From the NCBI GenBank assembly GCA_030704615.1, contig CM060731.1, positions 24,738,001-24,802,000 of the forward strand: a DNA stretch of 64,000 bases, read 5' to 3'. This stretch comes from Takakia lepidozioides (taxonomy: Eukaryota; Plantae; Bryophyta). The notes under the pieces are model-generated. The model searched no databases. It worked only from the letters and a program-made list of their open reading frames with translations, and was not told the DNA's origin. Within the stretch, counting starts at the first letter, position 1; each line of letters opens with the position of its first letter. Shown one piece after another: positions 38,001 to 49,452 of this stretch. The translations under genes were made by a program, and so were the position numbers.

Positions 38001-39736
38001 ATCTGTTTGTGTGATGTGGAGAAGAGACATCAACCTTCTTGCCAGGGTGACGCTGGAGCTTCACCAATTCGTTGTGTTTCCTTTTACACAGCTGCACACA
38101 CCATGGACATCTGTGAATATTTACCATGCCTTGTGTATGTCACAAGCTTACATGACTAGGATCTCAAAGGAAAATGCTAATACATTCTTCTGTTGTCACC
38201 CAGTTCTATCGTCACTGCAATGTAATGTGCGTCTGAGATTCTGGATTTCCTTCCAATGGAGGTAAATTGATCCCTTCACCTGGTAGCGAAGATGCCCCCT
38301 TATCAGCAACTAACATCATGCAGGCGTACAGTCTCGCAACTGCGTACTGAAATGAGAGGACATATGTGGAATTGTGTTAAATGCAGTCACATGAAAGCTG
38401 GTATTCCTCACAGCACAACTGTTGTCTAAGCTCACAAGTTCTGCATACCTGGATAACATCATGTAAGAAGATAAGTTTCCGCTCAGCAAATCCCCTTGAG
38501 AAAATCTGTAACATACAAGACATGCTTCAGCACAGCCATGGGAAAATCTGTGTGATTTAGAGGAGGCAGGTGCCAATCCCATATTAGGAGTTGAAACCAG
38601 CTAAAAACAGTTTACTTTCTGCTCAACTTCTGTATGAAAGCCGAGGTGCAGAAGTGTGCAGTATTTGCAATGGTACTATTTAGCAAAACGTTTGATTCCC
38701 CTCTGCACCTCCCTGCTACAAAGGGAAATCACCTTGCAGGCTCAGGAAGGCGAGTAGACTAGTGATCAGGGACTACCTGAGACAGAGTAAGAGGACACCG
38801 GTAATGGAACTCCTTCCGAAGGGATCTGATAACGCACTCCATAAACCGCTGTTTCATGATCCAACCATTCTCACATAATCTATTGCACAGTCTACCAACG
38901 AGATGTCTTTGGAGTCGACAACTAGACGCGAGACAGGGCATAGAAGGTACATTTCCCTGAAAATTGTACCTGGTAGTACTTGCTTGAATAACGGTGTACA
39001 CGCATAAAACTTCTGATCTGTTGCTTTAGTCAAGATTAATTTGGCACCTTTGTTTGCAGCTGACATCACTTCTAGTCACTAAATTCACTGTGAAACTAGC
39101 ATTGTAATTCATCATTCATGACTTCATAATGGTCGAGAGAAGTGGCTCACGAGGTCACTTTTGGCGTACAGTTCATAGCCATTGACGGACAGGAAACGGG
39201 CAACATGCCGCGAGTATCCAAGCAATACATAGTGCAATAGAGGCAAAAAAGCTGCAGGGGTCCCATTTTTTGTTCTGCTTGCAACACCCACCACTGTATA
39301 TTAACGCAAAGTTACAGCAATATTCAACTTCGACATCCCTGAGAAACCGAGGAGGAACAAATTCCGAGATTGCATCCTCACTTAAACACTTTAATTCGTA
39401 GTTAGCGAACAGACTGAAGGAGGATCAAAACTGAAGGTATGTCATGATTAGGTTTGTGGAAATATGATATGCAGAGTTCTTCAAGCTCCAGTAAGACATC
39501 TTCGTGAACCACGGACAAGGTTCTCCGGAGCTCTACAGAGTCCGCAATCAGTTGGATCGATAAATTGAAGACAGTAAGCCAAGATAACATACAAGGCTTT
39601 TCTTCCAACTTATAAAAAGAGTTCAGAAAATGGCATAGGATGTGTACCCTTGCGTATCAAGGGCATGGGGATAGGAGATTGAGCGCAGCTGCAAACGCAA
39701 GCGCTCCAAATTCCCTTTCACATCGCCTGTTGCCAT
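26097..39736 (-). CDS. CEP44: Centrosomal protein CEP44 homologue (N-terminal CEP44 domain, S/P-rich linker, coiled coils)
   Basis: Exons 39736-39648, 39274-39151, 38848-38777, 38505-38449 and 38091-38035 splice in frame to MATGDVKGNLERLRLQLRSISYPHALDTQGTKNGTPAAFLPLLHYVLLGYSRHVARFLSVNGYELYAKSDLRFMECVIRSLRKEFHYRCPLTLSQIFSRGFAERKLIFLHDVIQLCKRKHNEL. This matches the remembered CEP44 N-terminus (MATGDLK...GDPAA.LP..Y...EL.AK.DLRF...GFAE.K...KH.EL). Less certain phase-0 exons: 37652-37560, 37256-37149, 36605-36471, 36332-36195, 35690-35586, 34564-34406, 33584-33441, 32587-32498 (KKLVNLESRVKCLE), 26537-26445, 26123-26097 (LLTGNGGL*). Confidence 0.85.
27100..28330 (-). mobile_element. Stacked LINE fragments (post-RT region and at least two 3' ends with (CATTT)n tails)
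   Basis: EIEVVISYSYLG-like post-RT motif at ~27310-27350. Two ~250-bp copies (27480-27720, 27945-28190) encode FQ.TQSLT.VFHYEDQ.CLA.YLHE.L.LR*, followed by a 3' UTR and CATTT repeats. Confidence 0.65.
30177..32402 (-). mobile_element. 5'-truncated non-LTR retrotransposon (RTE/RTEX-like ORF2: RT plus C-terminal Cys/His motif) in a CEP44 intron
   Basis: RT ORF 30772-32034 (NYRGITL, QAGFR, DVKKAYD, GVAQGCTLSP, FADD, YTYLG) frameshifts into 30183-30869 (CPLC...HFLIHC). A 15-bp TSD cttgtaatggataga lies at 30162-30176 and 32403-32417. No poly(A). Confidence 0.93.
33468..33566 (-). repeat. Three 33-nt coding repeats (11-residue coiled-coil units) in a CEP44 exon
   Basis: VETCFSSLDNK / MGTCFNSLDNK / LETRFTSLNAG. 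Confidence 0.7.
35580..36610 (-). repeat. Tandem exon-intron duplications in CEP44
   Basis: An ~285-bp unit is duplicated at 35580-35815 and 35865-36075. Older related exons lie at 36195-36332 and 36471-36605 (shared LQ...EE...TPP...PTSPRR). Confidence 0.75.
36108..36148 (-). mobile_element. 41-bp 3'-end insertion of the same LINE family as 30177-32402
   Basis: Minus strand reads gtctatggccacaagattaccgcaaacatcttacgagtaca. It is flanked by a 17-bp TSD with one mismatch (36091-36107 / 36149-36165). Confidence 0.75.
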
Positions 39737-40469
39737 GCATCCCCTCTTTCTCTCCGTTCACTAGAATGCGCAGGCCATGAATACGTTATAAAAGCGCACT
39801 GAAAAGTTTAACCTTTCCCAAAACTGAAAAAGCCCTTGGGAGGCTCCATAACGCAATAAGAAGAGGCAGGACCCCAGCGACGAGGTTTACAAAAGAAAAT
39901 GACAGATGAAACCAGAGAGATGAGGAAAAAGAAGACAGAAAGCAAGAGCAAGAAGATAAGGTCAACTAAGCAGTGAAAGCTAGTAGAGCATCCTTAACCA
40001 AAAGGCACCGAAATTTTGTTATTACCATGCTCCACCTTCACATAAAAAGGCTCCATCACCTACTCCCAGTTAAATTCAGTACTTGTATTCAATACAGGTT
40101 CTCTTTGCCACATAATCGGCTATGGAGGACGCTAGGAAAGCCCCGGAAACGAAAGGGTCTCGAATAGCATCTTGCCAGAAACGTGTTTCAAAGTGCTTTT
40201 TCATCAACAACTACTGAAATCTCGGCAAACACTTTCTCAAATCCTTTGTTCTTCTTGCATATATGCGGTCGGAAAATTCACAGGGCTCACACGTGGTTAT
40301 GCCAAAACCACATTTAAAATATCTGTGTCCTCGACACAAGTGCAATCTCGCGGGCTACAATTCTCGCGGGCTACAATTCCCAGATTTCTCGACCAAAAAC
40401 GACCACCTCAATTCCTTCCTTACAATCCCCCGAAAGAGCATAAAGAAAAGCAGGCATTGTCATAGTGCA

Positions 40470-40980
40470 CTGACCCCTGGAGCTCGAGAGAGACACAGAG
40501 GGACACAGAGAGAGGGAGAGAGAGCTGGAAAAGAGGACGGGGGGCAGGCCAAGAAAACGCCAAGCAGAGTGGGCGGGAAAGCCGAGCTTCTTTCACCGCC
40601 GATCCGCCGGTCCGCCGGGCGACACGATCGGACGGTTATTGGCAGCCAGATGTTAAGTTGAGAGATAAAGGACCGTTGGATATCACGGGTAAGTAAACCT
40701 CCCTCTTCGCGTGACTGCCGCGCTACACATGCGGGCGACCCCCTTGTCTCTCTCTCTCTTTCTTTCCTTTCAATTCATAAGCTCTATGAGCTTTCCGCGG
40801 ACGTTATAAAGCACCATTTCATTTCATTTCCTTTCAATTCAATTCCTGCAGTGACAGAGGCTGGTTTTCCATTACGAAGATCAGAGATGCCTTGCGGCTT
40901 ATCTGCAAAAGGCTCTCGCGATCACAGAATCACTGGAGGTGGAGTTTGTGGTCGTCAGGCCGGAGTGACCCTGTAAGTTA
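40470..40980. promoter_or_regulatory. Putative bidirectional promoter and first non-coding exons of CEP44 (-) and MADS (+)
   Basis: GC-rich core flanked by CT-rich leaders on opposite strands. 5'UTR donors: GTCAGT (-, 40474) and GTAAGT (+, 40973). Confidence 0.5.
40775..40845 (+). mobile_element. LINE 3' tail with (CATTT)n (same family as 27945-28190)
   Basis: cataagct...tgagctttccgcggacgttataaagcaccatttcatttcatttc matches the reverse complement of 27945-28012. Confidence 0.65.
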
Positions 40981-41034
40981 GTGCAGATGTTTGGGCTCAC
41001 TGTCTCGTCAAATGTTCTGTCTTCTCTTTTTCTT

Positions 41035-41275
41035 TCAAATGTCTATTTAGATCTTTGAGCTTCCATTGAGAAACATCCAGAATAGTTCTAAGTTCAAATT
41101 GGCAAAGGAAGAATACAGAATCAAATGTCTATTTAGATCTTTGAGCATCCATTGAGAATAGTTCACAGTTCAAACTGGCGAAGGAAGAATACAGAATCAA
41201 ATGTCTATTTAGATCTTTGAGCATCCATTGAGAAACATCCAGAATAGCTCAAAGTTCAAACTGGCAAAGGAAGAC
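41035..41275. repeat. Three tandem copies of a ~76-86-bp unit in the MADS 5'UTR intron
   Basis: tcaaatgtctatttagatctttgagc.tccattgagaa...gttcaaa.tggc.aaggaag starts at 41035, 41121 and 41197. Confidence 0.85.
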
Positions 41276-41695
41276 GAAGGAAACAAATCAATTTAAAGGT
41301 TGTTTACGGGCAGCTCTAGGAGTATATATATCACAAGTGAATCTTCGCATTCAGCTTCCTTTCTATACATCCTCGCCTGGGTCGGTTTTTGTGAGTAAGT
41401 AGTGAATCCATTACACAATGTTGAGCCTCCCATCCTCCATATCACTAAGAACTTCGGGTGCATGTGGTCCACACTCCACACTCTGTAAGCTAAAAAAAAG
41501 TAGCATTTAAATATAGCAATCTAAAAGGGGCTGTCAAAAAACTTTTCCTGTGACTGGGATAAGCACGCCTAAAAAAGAGGCAACCGGTGACCATCCAGTG
41601 TGAAAGAGGCTGTAAATATAGCCTCGGCATCGGCACGTCTTCATGATCTCTCAGTTTTGTCAGCATAGATCTCTTTTTTTCCAAATTGGTGTGCG

Positions 41696-44600
41696 ATGGG
41701 TCGGGTAAAGTTAGCGATTAGAAGGATTGAGGCTAACAGTAGCAGGAATGTGACATATGCAAAGAGGCGTCAGGGGCTTATCAAGAAGGCATACGAGTTA
41801 TCCACGCTATGTGATGTCGACATTCTGCTCATTATGTTCTCCCCCACGGGGAGGCTTAGTCAATACAGCAACTGCAGGTAGAACTTTTCTTTTCTCTTGT
41901 GTGTTGTCATCTTGCAACGTCTGTCTAAGAAATCTCCATCATACTTGAAATGGTGAAGTTTAGAGATTCATCCCCACGTAAAAGTGGCAGTTGCAGCATG
42001 GAACTTAGAATTACCATCGTTTATCCATAGCTCTAGTGCAATCATTTTATCATTAACTCACTGCCAAGAGTTAACAAGAGAAAACCTTGTTGCACAACAA
42101 AGTACTGAAGAATGATCAATACGTGTACTTAGATTGATCCAGCACCATAATCCCCACACCAGGAGGCAGCAGTTGGAATCAGTTGAGAGTTAAGTTTGTC
42201 AAATCTGCGAGCTTAAATTAGAATCAATAAGATTGAAAGTGATAAAGCAGTTATGAGTCATGTAGGTAAGGGAATGATTGTCACGGGTGAGCAGTATGGA
42301 ACAGGGCATAAGGCGGTTTGCAAATCTGCGCTTTGAGGAGCGCGACAAGAGGTATGTGTGCACAGCTCGTGCAAAGTTTTTGTTTGTCAGATCAACTCAT
42401 GCAAGCTCAGAGCACCTTCTAATTAAACTAGAAATTTAGTTCACGGACTTGGTCAAGTTGAGTCCATTTTGGTGGTGTGATTTGATGTGCGCAGCTACGA
42501 TGAGATGGTGGACAAATTCCGGTGTTGTAACATGCGGGATGAGCGCCATCAACACAGGTATGTTTCCAAGCTATTTTATCCTAATCATAACGTACTATCC
42601 GATTTAAATATTAGATTTTGATCAAACTTTAAAAAAGAAGAAGATTTGTATAGGGGATATTAATTTTAATTTCAAGATCTCAAACTATGTTAACTACAAA
42701 TCAGATTACGGATGAAAACTAGATTAAGGTAGAAATTTGATGAGCTTACAAATTCTATCCGTGTAGGTAATTATTTCCATTATTATCTGTGTTTTAATCG
42801 AATTATTAATTAAAGATAATATTAAAAAATAACAGACCAAATTATCTATATTTATATTATAAACATATTTTTTATAGTATTACATATAAGTGATTTAAAA
42901 TTTAGGAATGTACATATATGTATAATAATTTTAATTCACCAAAAACTACATTACATGAATTTTCCTAAATACCCAAGGTTTGCAAGTGGTATGGTAGAGA
43001 GACTCCCCCCACCTTCCCCCCAAAATTCAAGTGGGTTTTTGTTGTTGATCAAGTCCACTTCTGTGTCATGTCATTTATTGCCGATTAGAGCGACTCAATT
43101 GACAAACCTGCTGTAGGTAACCCACAATTGTTGCTTGGGGCATGGGGTCATGTCGATGCGGTGTTCTTGCATCCAGAAAGTTGAATCAAAGCGAATCAGA
43201 CGAGGTAAGCCATCACAATAGATATCTATGTCCTCATTGCAGCTTCATTTACAACTTAATACATGCCAACTTATAACCTACTTGTATGATGTTGGTAAGA
43301 TACGGTGATATTAAACTTGGATATTTTCTCTAGATTATGGACATGCATACAATACTAATTAAGCTAATAGAGGTGGTATAAGTGCAGTGGCTCAACAATG
43401 TCTTGGTGAAGCTCGCAATAGACAACGACTCAATGGCTTCATGTCAGCAACATCTCAATCTAGTTCCTGATGTCGGGCCAAGCAAGTAAGATATAATCTG
43501 CCTCAATCTAGTTCCTGATGTCGGGTCAAGCAAGTAAGATATAATCTGCCTCAATCTAGTTCCTGATGCCGGGCCAAAGCAAGTAAGATGTAATCTGCCT
43601 CAATCTAGTTCTTGATGCCGGGCCAAGCAAATAAGATGTAATCTGCTAACTAACCAACTTGGGGACAAAAAAAAAGAAAAAGAAAAACATCTCTTAGTCT
43701 CGGTCTCTTCAATCTTGATTTTATGTTTCTACGTAATTTCTTTACACAAGGTGCAATTTGATGTGTGTTGACAATGTTTCAATGTACATAACACATACAT
43801 ATGTGTATATATATATACAGTTTACAGCTCTTCATTCTAGTGATCATAGAACCATAAATGTTGTCCAATTAATCTATGAAACCTAGACTAGAATGGAGCG
43901 GCTAATTAAGTGGACAGATTTGTAACAATTGACAGCGCAAATATTGGGGGCAACATCTTTGACGAAGCCACAAATGTGGTAAGGCATTCCAATCTTTTAC
44001 TTTCAATTAGGTCTACTCATTCCCATTTTTTGGGTTCAGTTTTTGTTATTTGTACTCACTGTCCAGTTGGCAGTCAAGAACAACTGAATTTTAGTTAGTA
44101 AAGGAGTTTGCCTAGTATAGTGATTATGATGAGCATGTTAGCGTGAGTCGGGCTGCGCCACAGAACCCAGCAGGCCCTGAATGTATGACACTATCTTTGG
44201 CGTTACAGGGAGTTTTTCGGGCTCAAGGGTGGTAGGCTACTCTAGGTTATTGACTAGAAGTTTTGCGGAAACATGCCACTATGGAGAACTTACAAAAAGA
44301 CTCACTGTCCCTGTGTATACAGAGTTTGAAGTTTCAGCAAATACAGTTACTTGAGCACCAAATACAAACGGTGGAAAATGGACGGTGTGGTTCTTTTACT
44401 TCACAAAATGTTTGGTGGCTCAAATGACTTAATAATTTAACTTAAATCAAATGAACAAAAATTACATATTAAAGAAATGTATGCTAGGTTTAATCCGAAT
44501 GTGAAACAAAGTTGGGGGCAAGTCATTATTAACTAAAGTTTATTCTGAACTTTATTCTTTATCATCATGTTATTGACAAAATTATGAAGATATAAAAATA

Positions 44601-47600
44601 GTGGAGAAACTATTCGATATGAGATTATTCTTAACAGAATTTTAAGCAAAATGATAATCATTTACTGATCACATTGACTATACTATATGTTTTATTTTTT
44701 ATTAAATATAGAGTTAATGAATTACAAGCTTTGACAGAATTTCACTCAATATTATGGCGATTATCTCAGCTCGGAATATCGTTAAAATTTATATATTTAC
44801 CATGTATTTGTAGTTTTCAATTTTTTCGTTCTTGTCAGTGCACTTTGCGAGTCAAAATTATTAATCATGACCTAAGTTTTGCTATATAGTCTAGATAATA
44901 TTTTGATGACATCGAGTCTCATACATACATACATATATAAAGGCCCAAATTTTGATATTTGTGAGTCAGGATCAGTCATAGATAAGTAGATAGCGTGTTA
45001 CAATTATTTATATCACAAATATGTAAGATATAATTAGTTGATGTGATCATTGGGCCTGTGTTTGCAAGGACATCAGGTTATTTTCTGGGGATACTCGTCC
45101 AGTGAGTGATCAGACAATGTTGGAGCAGCTGGTGTGGATGGAGACTCAATTGACACACTCCTTGCAACAAGTACAGAGTCGCAAGGTACATCCTTATAAC
45201 CAGTTTCAATAATTTATATTACTGTAACTAAAATCATTCTTCAAGTTATAATGCAATGGAATCGGCGCCTTACTAAGTTTGCCATAATAATAATGTTAAT
45301 AATAATGCAGACAGATACTATTATTTCACTTTTTGGGAGCCAATTACATGCAAGGTTGGATTGGCCCACGGCCTCCATTAGCTATCCCGACGGTTGGCCG
45401 AGCCGTTAGTGAACAACCCTCTAGGCCTTAAAATAGCCACCAAAGGAGCCATTCCCTTAGGGTAAAGACGTAAAGACCGATGTTGGCCGGTTTGGCATCT
45501 GGACATGCACATCCGACGGTTATTTGCCGCTTATGCACATATGCATAACCGGAAAGTGCAGCGCCCGCAGGAACCGGCTATGAAAGGGAACCGGCAAATC
45601 ATCGAGCTTCCTAACCGGATAGAGAACTGGTTGTAAGGGTGTTATACCCGGCGCAAGATATGGAGCAAATGTGGATGGCGTAGAGGCTGTTCTAGATATT
45701 ACAGGTCTAGGGGTTGGTGATGGTACTAGTTCAACACATTACATATGGACAATCCTGAGTGGAATGTTACGTCTTACTAGTAATAATACGTTACAATGGT
45801 TGGGGAGATTAGGTGCACAACATTGAGAATATCCAAGTAGAGATGAAATTAATTAGTTGGGCATATGGCTAAAACAATAGTTGTAAGTTGTAAGCTAAGT
45901 GTATTATAGGGGCAGAGCCCAGCCTGAAGGCGCAAAGATATATGATAGGGTTAAACGCTTCAGCCCCAGACCCACAGGCCAATCGATGAGTGGCTTACCA
46001 CCAGGGCACAACCCTCTTGTGTAGTTTTACACATGTACACAAAAATGCTAGAAGGAGAAAAATGGATGAATCACCGGTACCATGGAACTGACATTTTTTA
46101 AGATGGCATAACCGGTAGAGATTGAGAACCAGACAGAAAAAAAAGCAAAAAAAAATTCATGTGTTTAATGAGAACTTGTAACCGAGATGTTTTTCAAACC
46201 TATGGGTATACCTTGCCCCGACCATCCATTTTTTTCAAAGAGTAGGCGATAACCGGGACCGGAAGAGGGCTTAAAACATGGTACCCCGCCAACACTGATA
46301 TAGATCTGCCAAAAAAAAATTGTTTGTACTTATCGTGCACTTAAAAACAAGAATTCATCGGAGTGCATTCCGCCTGGCTGAATATCCCCATCAGCTTCGT
46401 CAAGTGCATTTGGACGATGTGGAATGCACCCCTTAGATTTCTTTTACTTCCAATGAGAAGTTTTTCTTAAATTTTTTGGCAGTTCTTTACGCAGGGAAAG
46501 CCTCCACTGAGGGCATTCCCCTATACTTAGAGGCAGATAATTATATTTATTACTGAGTGAATAGAAATATAAATTTATTTTAAATTAGTGATTGGGTAGC
46601 ATCAGGATCCAAACCCTTGAACCCTTCATGAGCTTCTTATTTCCTTATTGTGCATACTAATAAGTGAAAGAATGACTTACGTCGTTCCATAATGTGTTTT
46701 CTCACATGCATATAGATATTTCAGAGTAATTGCAGACCATTCCGAATCAAGCTCTAAACACTAAAGGTAGTGTGACCCCAGAGTCTGACCGCATAATGAT
46801 GGTAAATTAGGAGTTTTTGGAGCATGCATGCAAAACTGGAATTTACCAAGGAAATGTTTTGGGTGCGTCACATGAGGTACTTTCTGAATTTGTCAATTAT
46901 TTTCAGTATATGTATATATACTATACTCTCAAATTAGACCTAAACTGCTCGTGTCATTTTTTGTATTACATAATTTATTTAACAATAGAGTATGATGTTT
47001 GTTGACATCATATTTCTCATGATCATGGTACCGATCATAATATTATGAATACGCAATAATAAATGTTTGTGTATCTCAATCACCATTCAAACCACAAATC
47101 GATGTTCAATATCACAATGTTTCGCCTCATTGATATATTAGAGTAATATTAATTATACCTTTGTTTTGCCAACTCTAGTAGGATCTGAATATTGAGAATT
47201 ACATTTAAATGATAATTATAAAACCAGAAAAGGGAAACGACACGATAAGAAAAAAAATTAGACTTAATTATTAGCTGATGTCATTGTTGTTTCCATTTTG
47301 TTACCTTTCCTCATATGCAAATTTTGTTCTCGAATGAAGAATACTAGATAGTCATCTTGTGATCTTTCCATTTGTTGATATTCAAACCATGTTAAATAGT
47401 CCTTATGATATTTTATAAACTTCTAATATGTATACAAACATTTATATTTAGTCCAATTGTATTCAATTTATGACTAGTTGTCGATTATACTTGAACTGTA
47501 CGTGTTATATTTATATGTCACATCCAGCTCTATGCCCGAGGGTCATTGCCACCAATGGCACATATCACAAGCTCATATATGCAACAACCCGCAATTTGGC

Positions 47601-49147
47601 CTATGGCGGAACATATTGGTCCTTCAAGGTACACTTCATATAATTTATGATACTTTTCTTTCCATCACAAGATAATTGTCTTCTTTTAAATAGATATGAT
47701 ATATTTTTAACGCACTAGTCATTGGTCTCCATAAAAAGAAATTTACAACAACAAAAGACTCAGTATAAAAAGTCCACAAATATTATATGGACCATCTACA
47801 AGTGACAACACTAAGAAGAATGAGTGATTAAAAGAAAATGTCAAGTTATCCAAGACAAAAAGGTGGATGGAGAAGATATTTTTGCATTTTGCGTATTAGA
47901 GTGACTTGAACATATCATTATTAGGTTATTGTCTAACTAGATTATGGGTGGAGAAAATTTGACTTAAATACTAAGATAAGAGCCACACAGTATGCCACTT
48001 CTGCTTTCGTCCCCACCGCTGTCCTGTTTCTTTCGTCCGTTGCAGAGCTAATTAAAAGGCAAGGATTAGTATTGCATGTGCTAATAATCTTCTACAAATA
48101 TTTTTCTTGCATGTTGATTCCAGTTTCTCTGACGTGCCAGTTATGTATTTGTCATGATAACATAATGTTTTGATAAATATATGTACTTAACTTTTTTGTG
48201 TTGTGTTGCAATGGGATGGAATATTGAAGAAGAGGAATCAGCAACGAACAATCACATTTACTTCATCCTGCACCACAGATGTACACTCATGGACTAGTGC
48301 CAGGAGCTCTAAACTTGCCAGGGCAATTCATGCACCATGTTCACATTGCAGATGTTCCGCAAGCTGATCACTTTGACGAATTGTTTCAATTAGCATATGG
48401 TGATCAGAATGATACCACAGTTGGAGTTGACAAGGGGCTCTTTGGGATCCTTCCAAATATTGGAACCAAAGTGATAGAAGCACAAATATCGGATCCGATG
48501 TCTATTGGAGGTCCATCAGGCGATCAACATGAAGACGACGTAGCTCAGTGGCCGCCTACTACTTATGACCGTAATCTTGCAATCGAAGGTCCCGCCAACT
48601 ATAACTTTGGTGAGGTAAGTACTATTTAAAACCTAATTTCTTATCTCTCACCACAATGCTTCACCAAACTTACCAAAATATATATATATGTATAGACATG
48701 GTAGCTATCTATACATATGTCGGATGATGATTATGTAATCGCATTGAAATTTGTACCAAGTTCAAAGTTATTATCAACCTCAATATAATTATATGAAATT
48801 AATAATTATAGTGCTGGTCGGTTTAGAAGTCAGGCTGGTTATATCATGTTTGGAGCATTTGGAGATATATTTGGTTAATTAAGCAAAACTTTTGTACGCT
48901 TGGAAGTTGCTACTCTGTTTTGCTTTGAATATTAGAGATAATTTAAAGTGATGAATGCACATATGGTTAAGTTGTATTACTAGCAATTCAAGCTAGATTT
49001 ATTATTATTGCTTTTACAAGTGTTGTTGTCCATGACATTTCTCTATGCTAGGTTATCTTATTTCATTCATCCGAATTGACCATTAGAATTGATACATATT
49101 TGTCCTTGTTTTAATCTTATATTTTGCAGCAGAATCTTATGTGGTGA
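41696..49147 (+). CDS. MIKC*-type MADS-box transcription factor
   Basis: MADS exon 41696-41877 ([12 protein letters not shown]...[32 protein letters not shown]-like). Multi-exon I region: 42495-42557, 43177-43204, 43388-43485, 43918-43978. K-like exons ~44323-44383 and 45078-45186 ([22 protein letters not shown]). C-terminal exons ~46737-46801, ~47528-47628, 48279-48614 and 49130-49147 are less certain, and one junction phase is unresolved. Confidence 0.88.
43454..43646 (+). repeat. Four tandem 48-bp units spanning a MADS exon end and 5' splice site
   Basis: ctcaatctagttcctgatg(t/c)cggg(c/t)caagcaagtaagat(a/g)taatctgc starts at 43454, 43502, 43550 and 43599. Confidence 0.9.
46060..46297. mobile_element. 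hAT-type MITE fragment in a MADS intron
   Basis: Repeated accgg motifs ending in ...ccaacactg (reverse complement CAGTGTTGG, as at 11936). Confidence 0.4.
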
Positions 49148-49344
49148 GGTCATAAAAGTTAAATGGGATGTCAATCCAATTTTCCAGGCGAATCTGACAA
49201 GATCAAGAGAGTATTACATCATTTCAGACAGCAAAATCTCACTTCTTTCACCACTCATTGGCTATGCACTCCATTCTTTCCAGTAGTATGAGTGCCCTCT
49301 AGCTGACCCCTCAATTCTACACTCTAGAGTAAATTTTCTCGACC

Positions 49345-49452
49345 GTTGAAGGTGTCCACCTTCCTGCCAGAAGGCAGTAGTCCTTCGGGGTCAAGCAACA
49401 CCATAATTTATGCTTTCTTCACGAGGCGACATATATATATATATATATATAT
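49345..49452 (+). mobile_element. SINE family B 3' part with (AT)n tail
   Basis: cagaaggcagtag.ccttc.gggt.aag..ac.ccataa.tta.gctt.cttc...gaggcg.catatata matches the reverse complement of 19455-19540. Confidence 0.65.

Noticed and set aside
43454-43646. CRISPR-like array (also 41035-41275 and 13080-13280)
   Set aside because: Units are contiguous with no unique spacers, there are no cas genes, and the context is eukaryotic.
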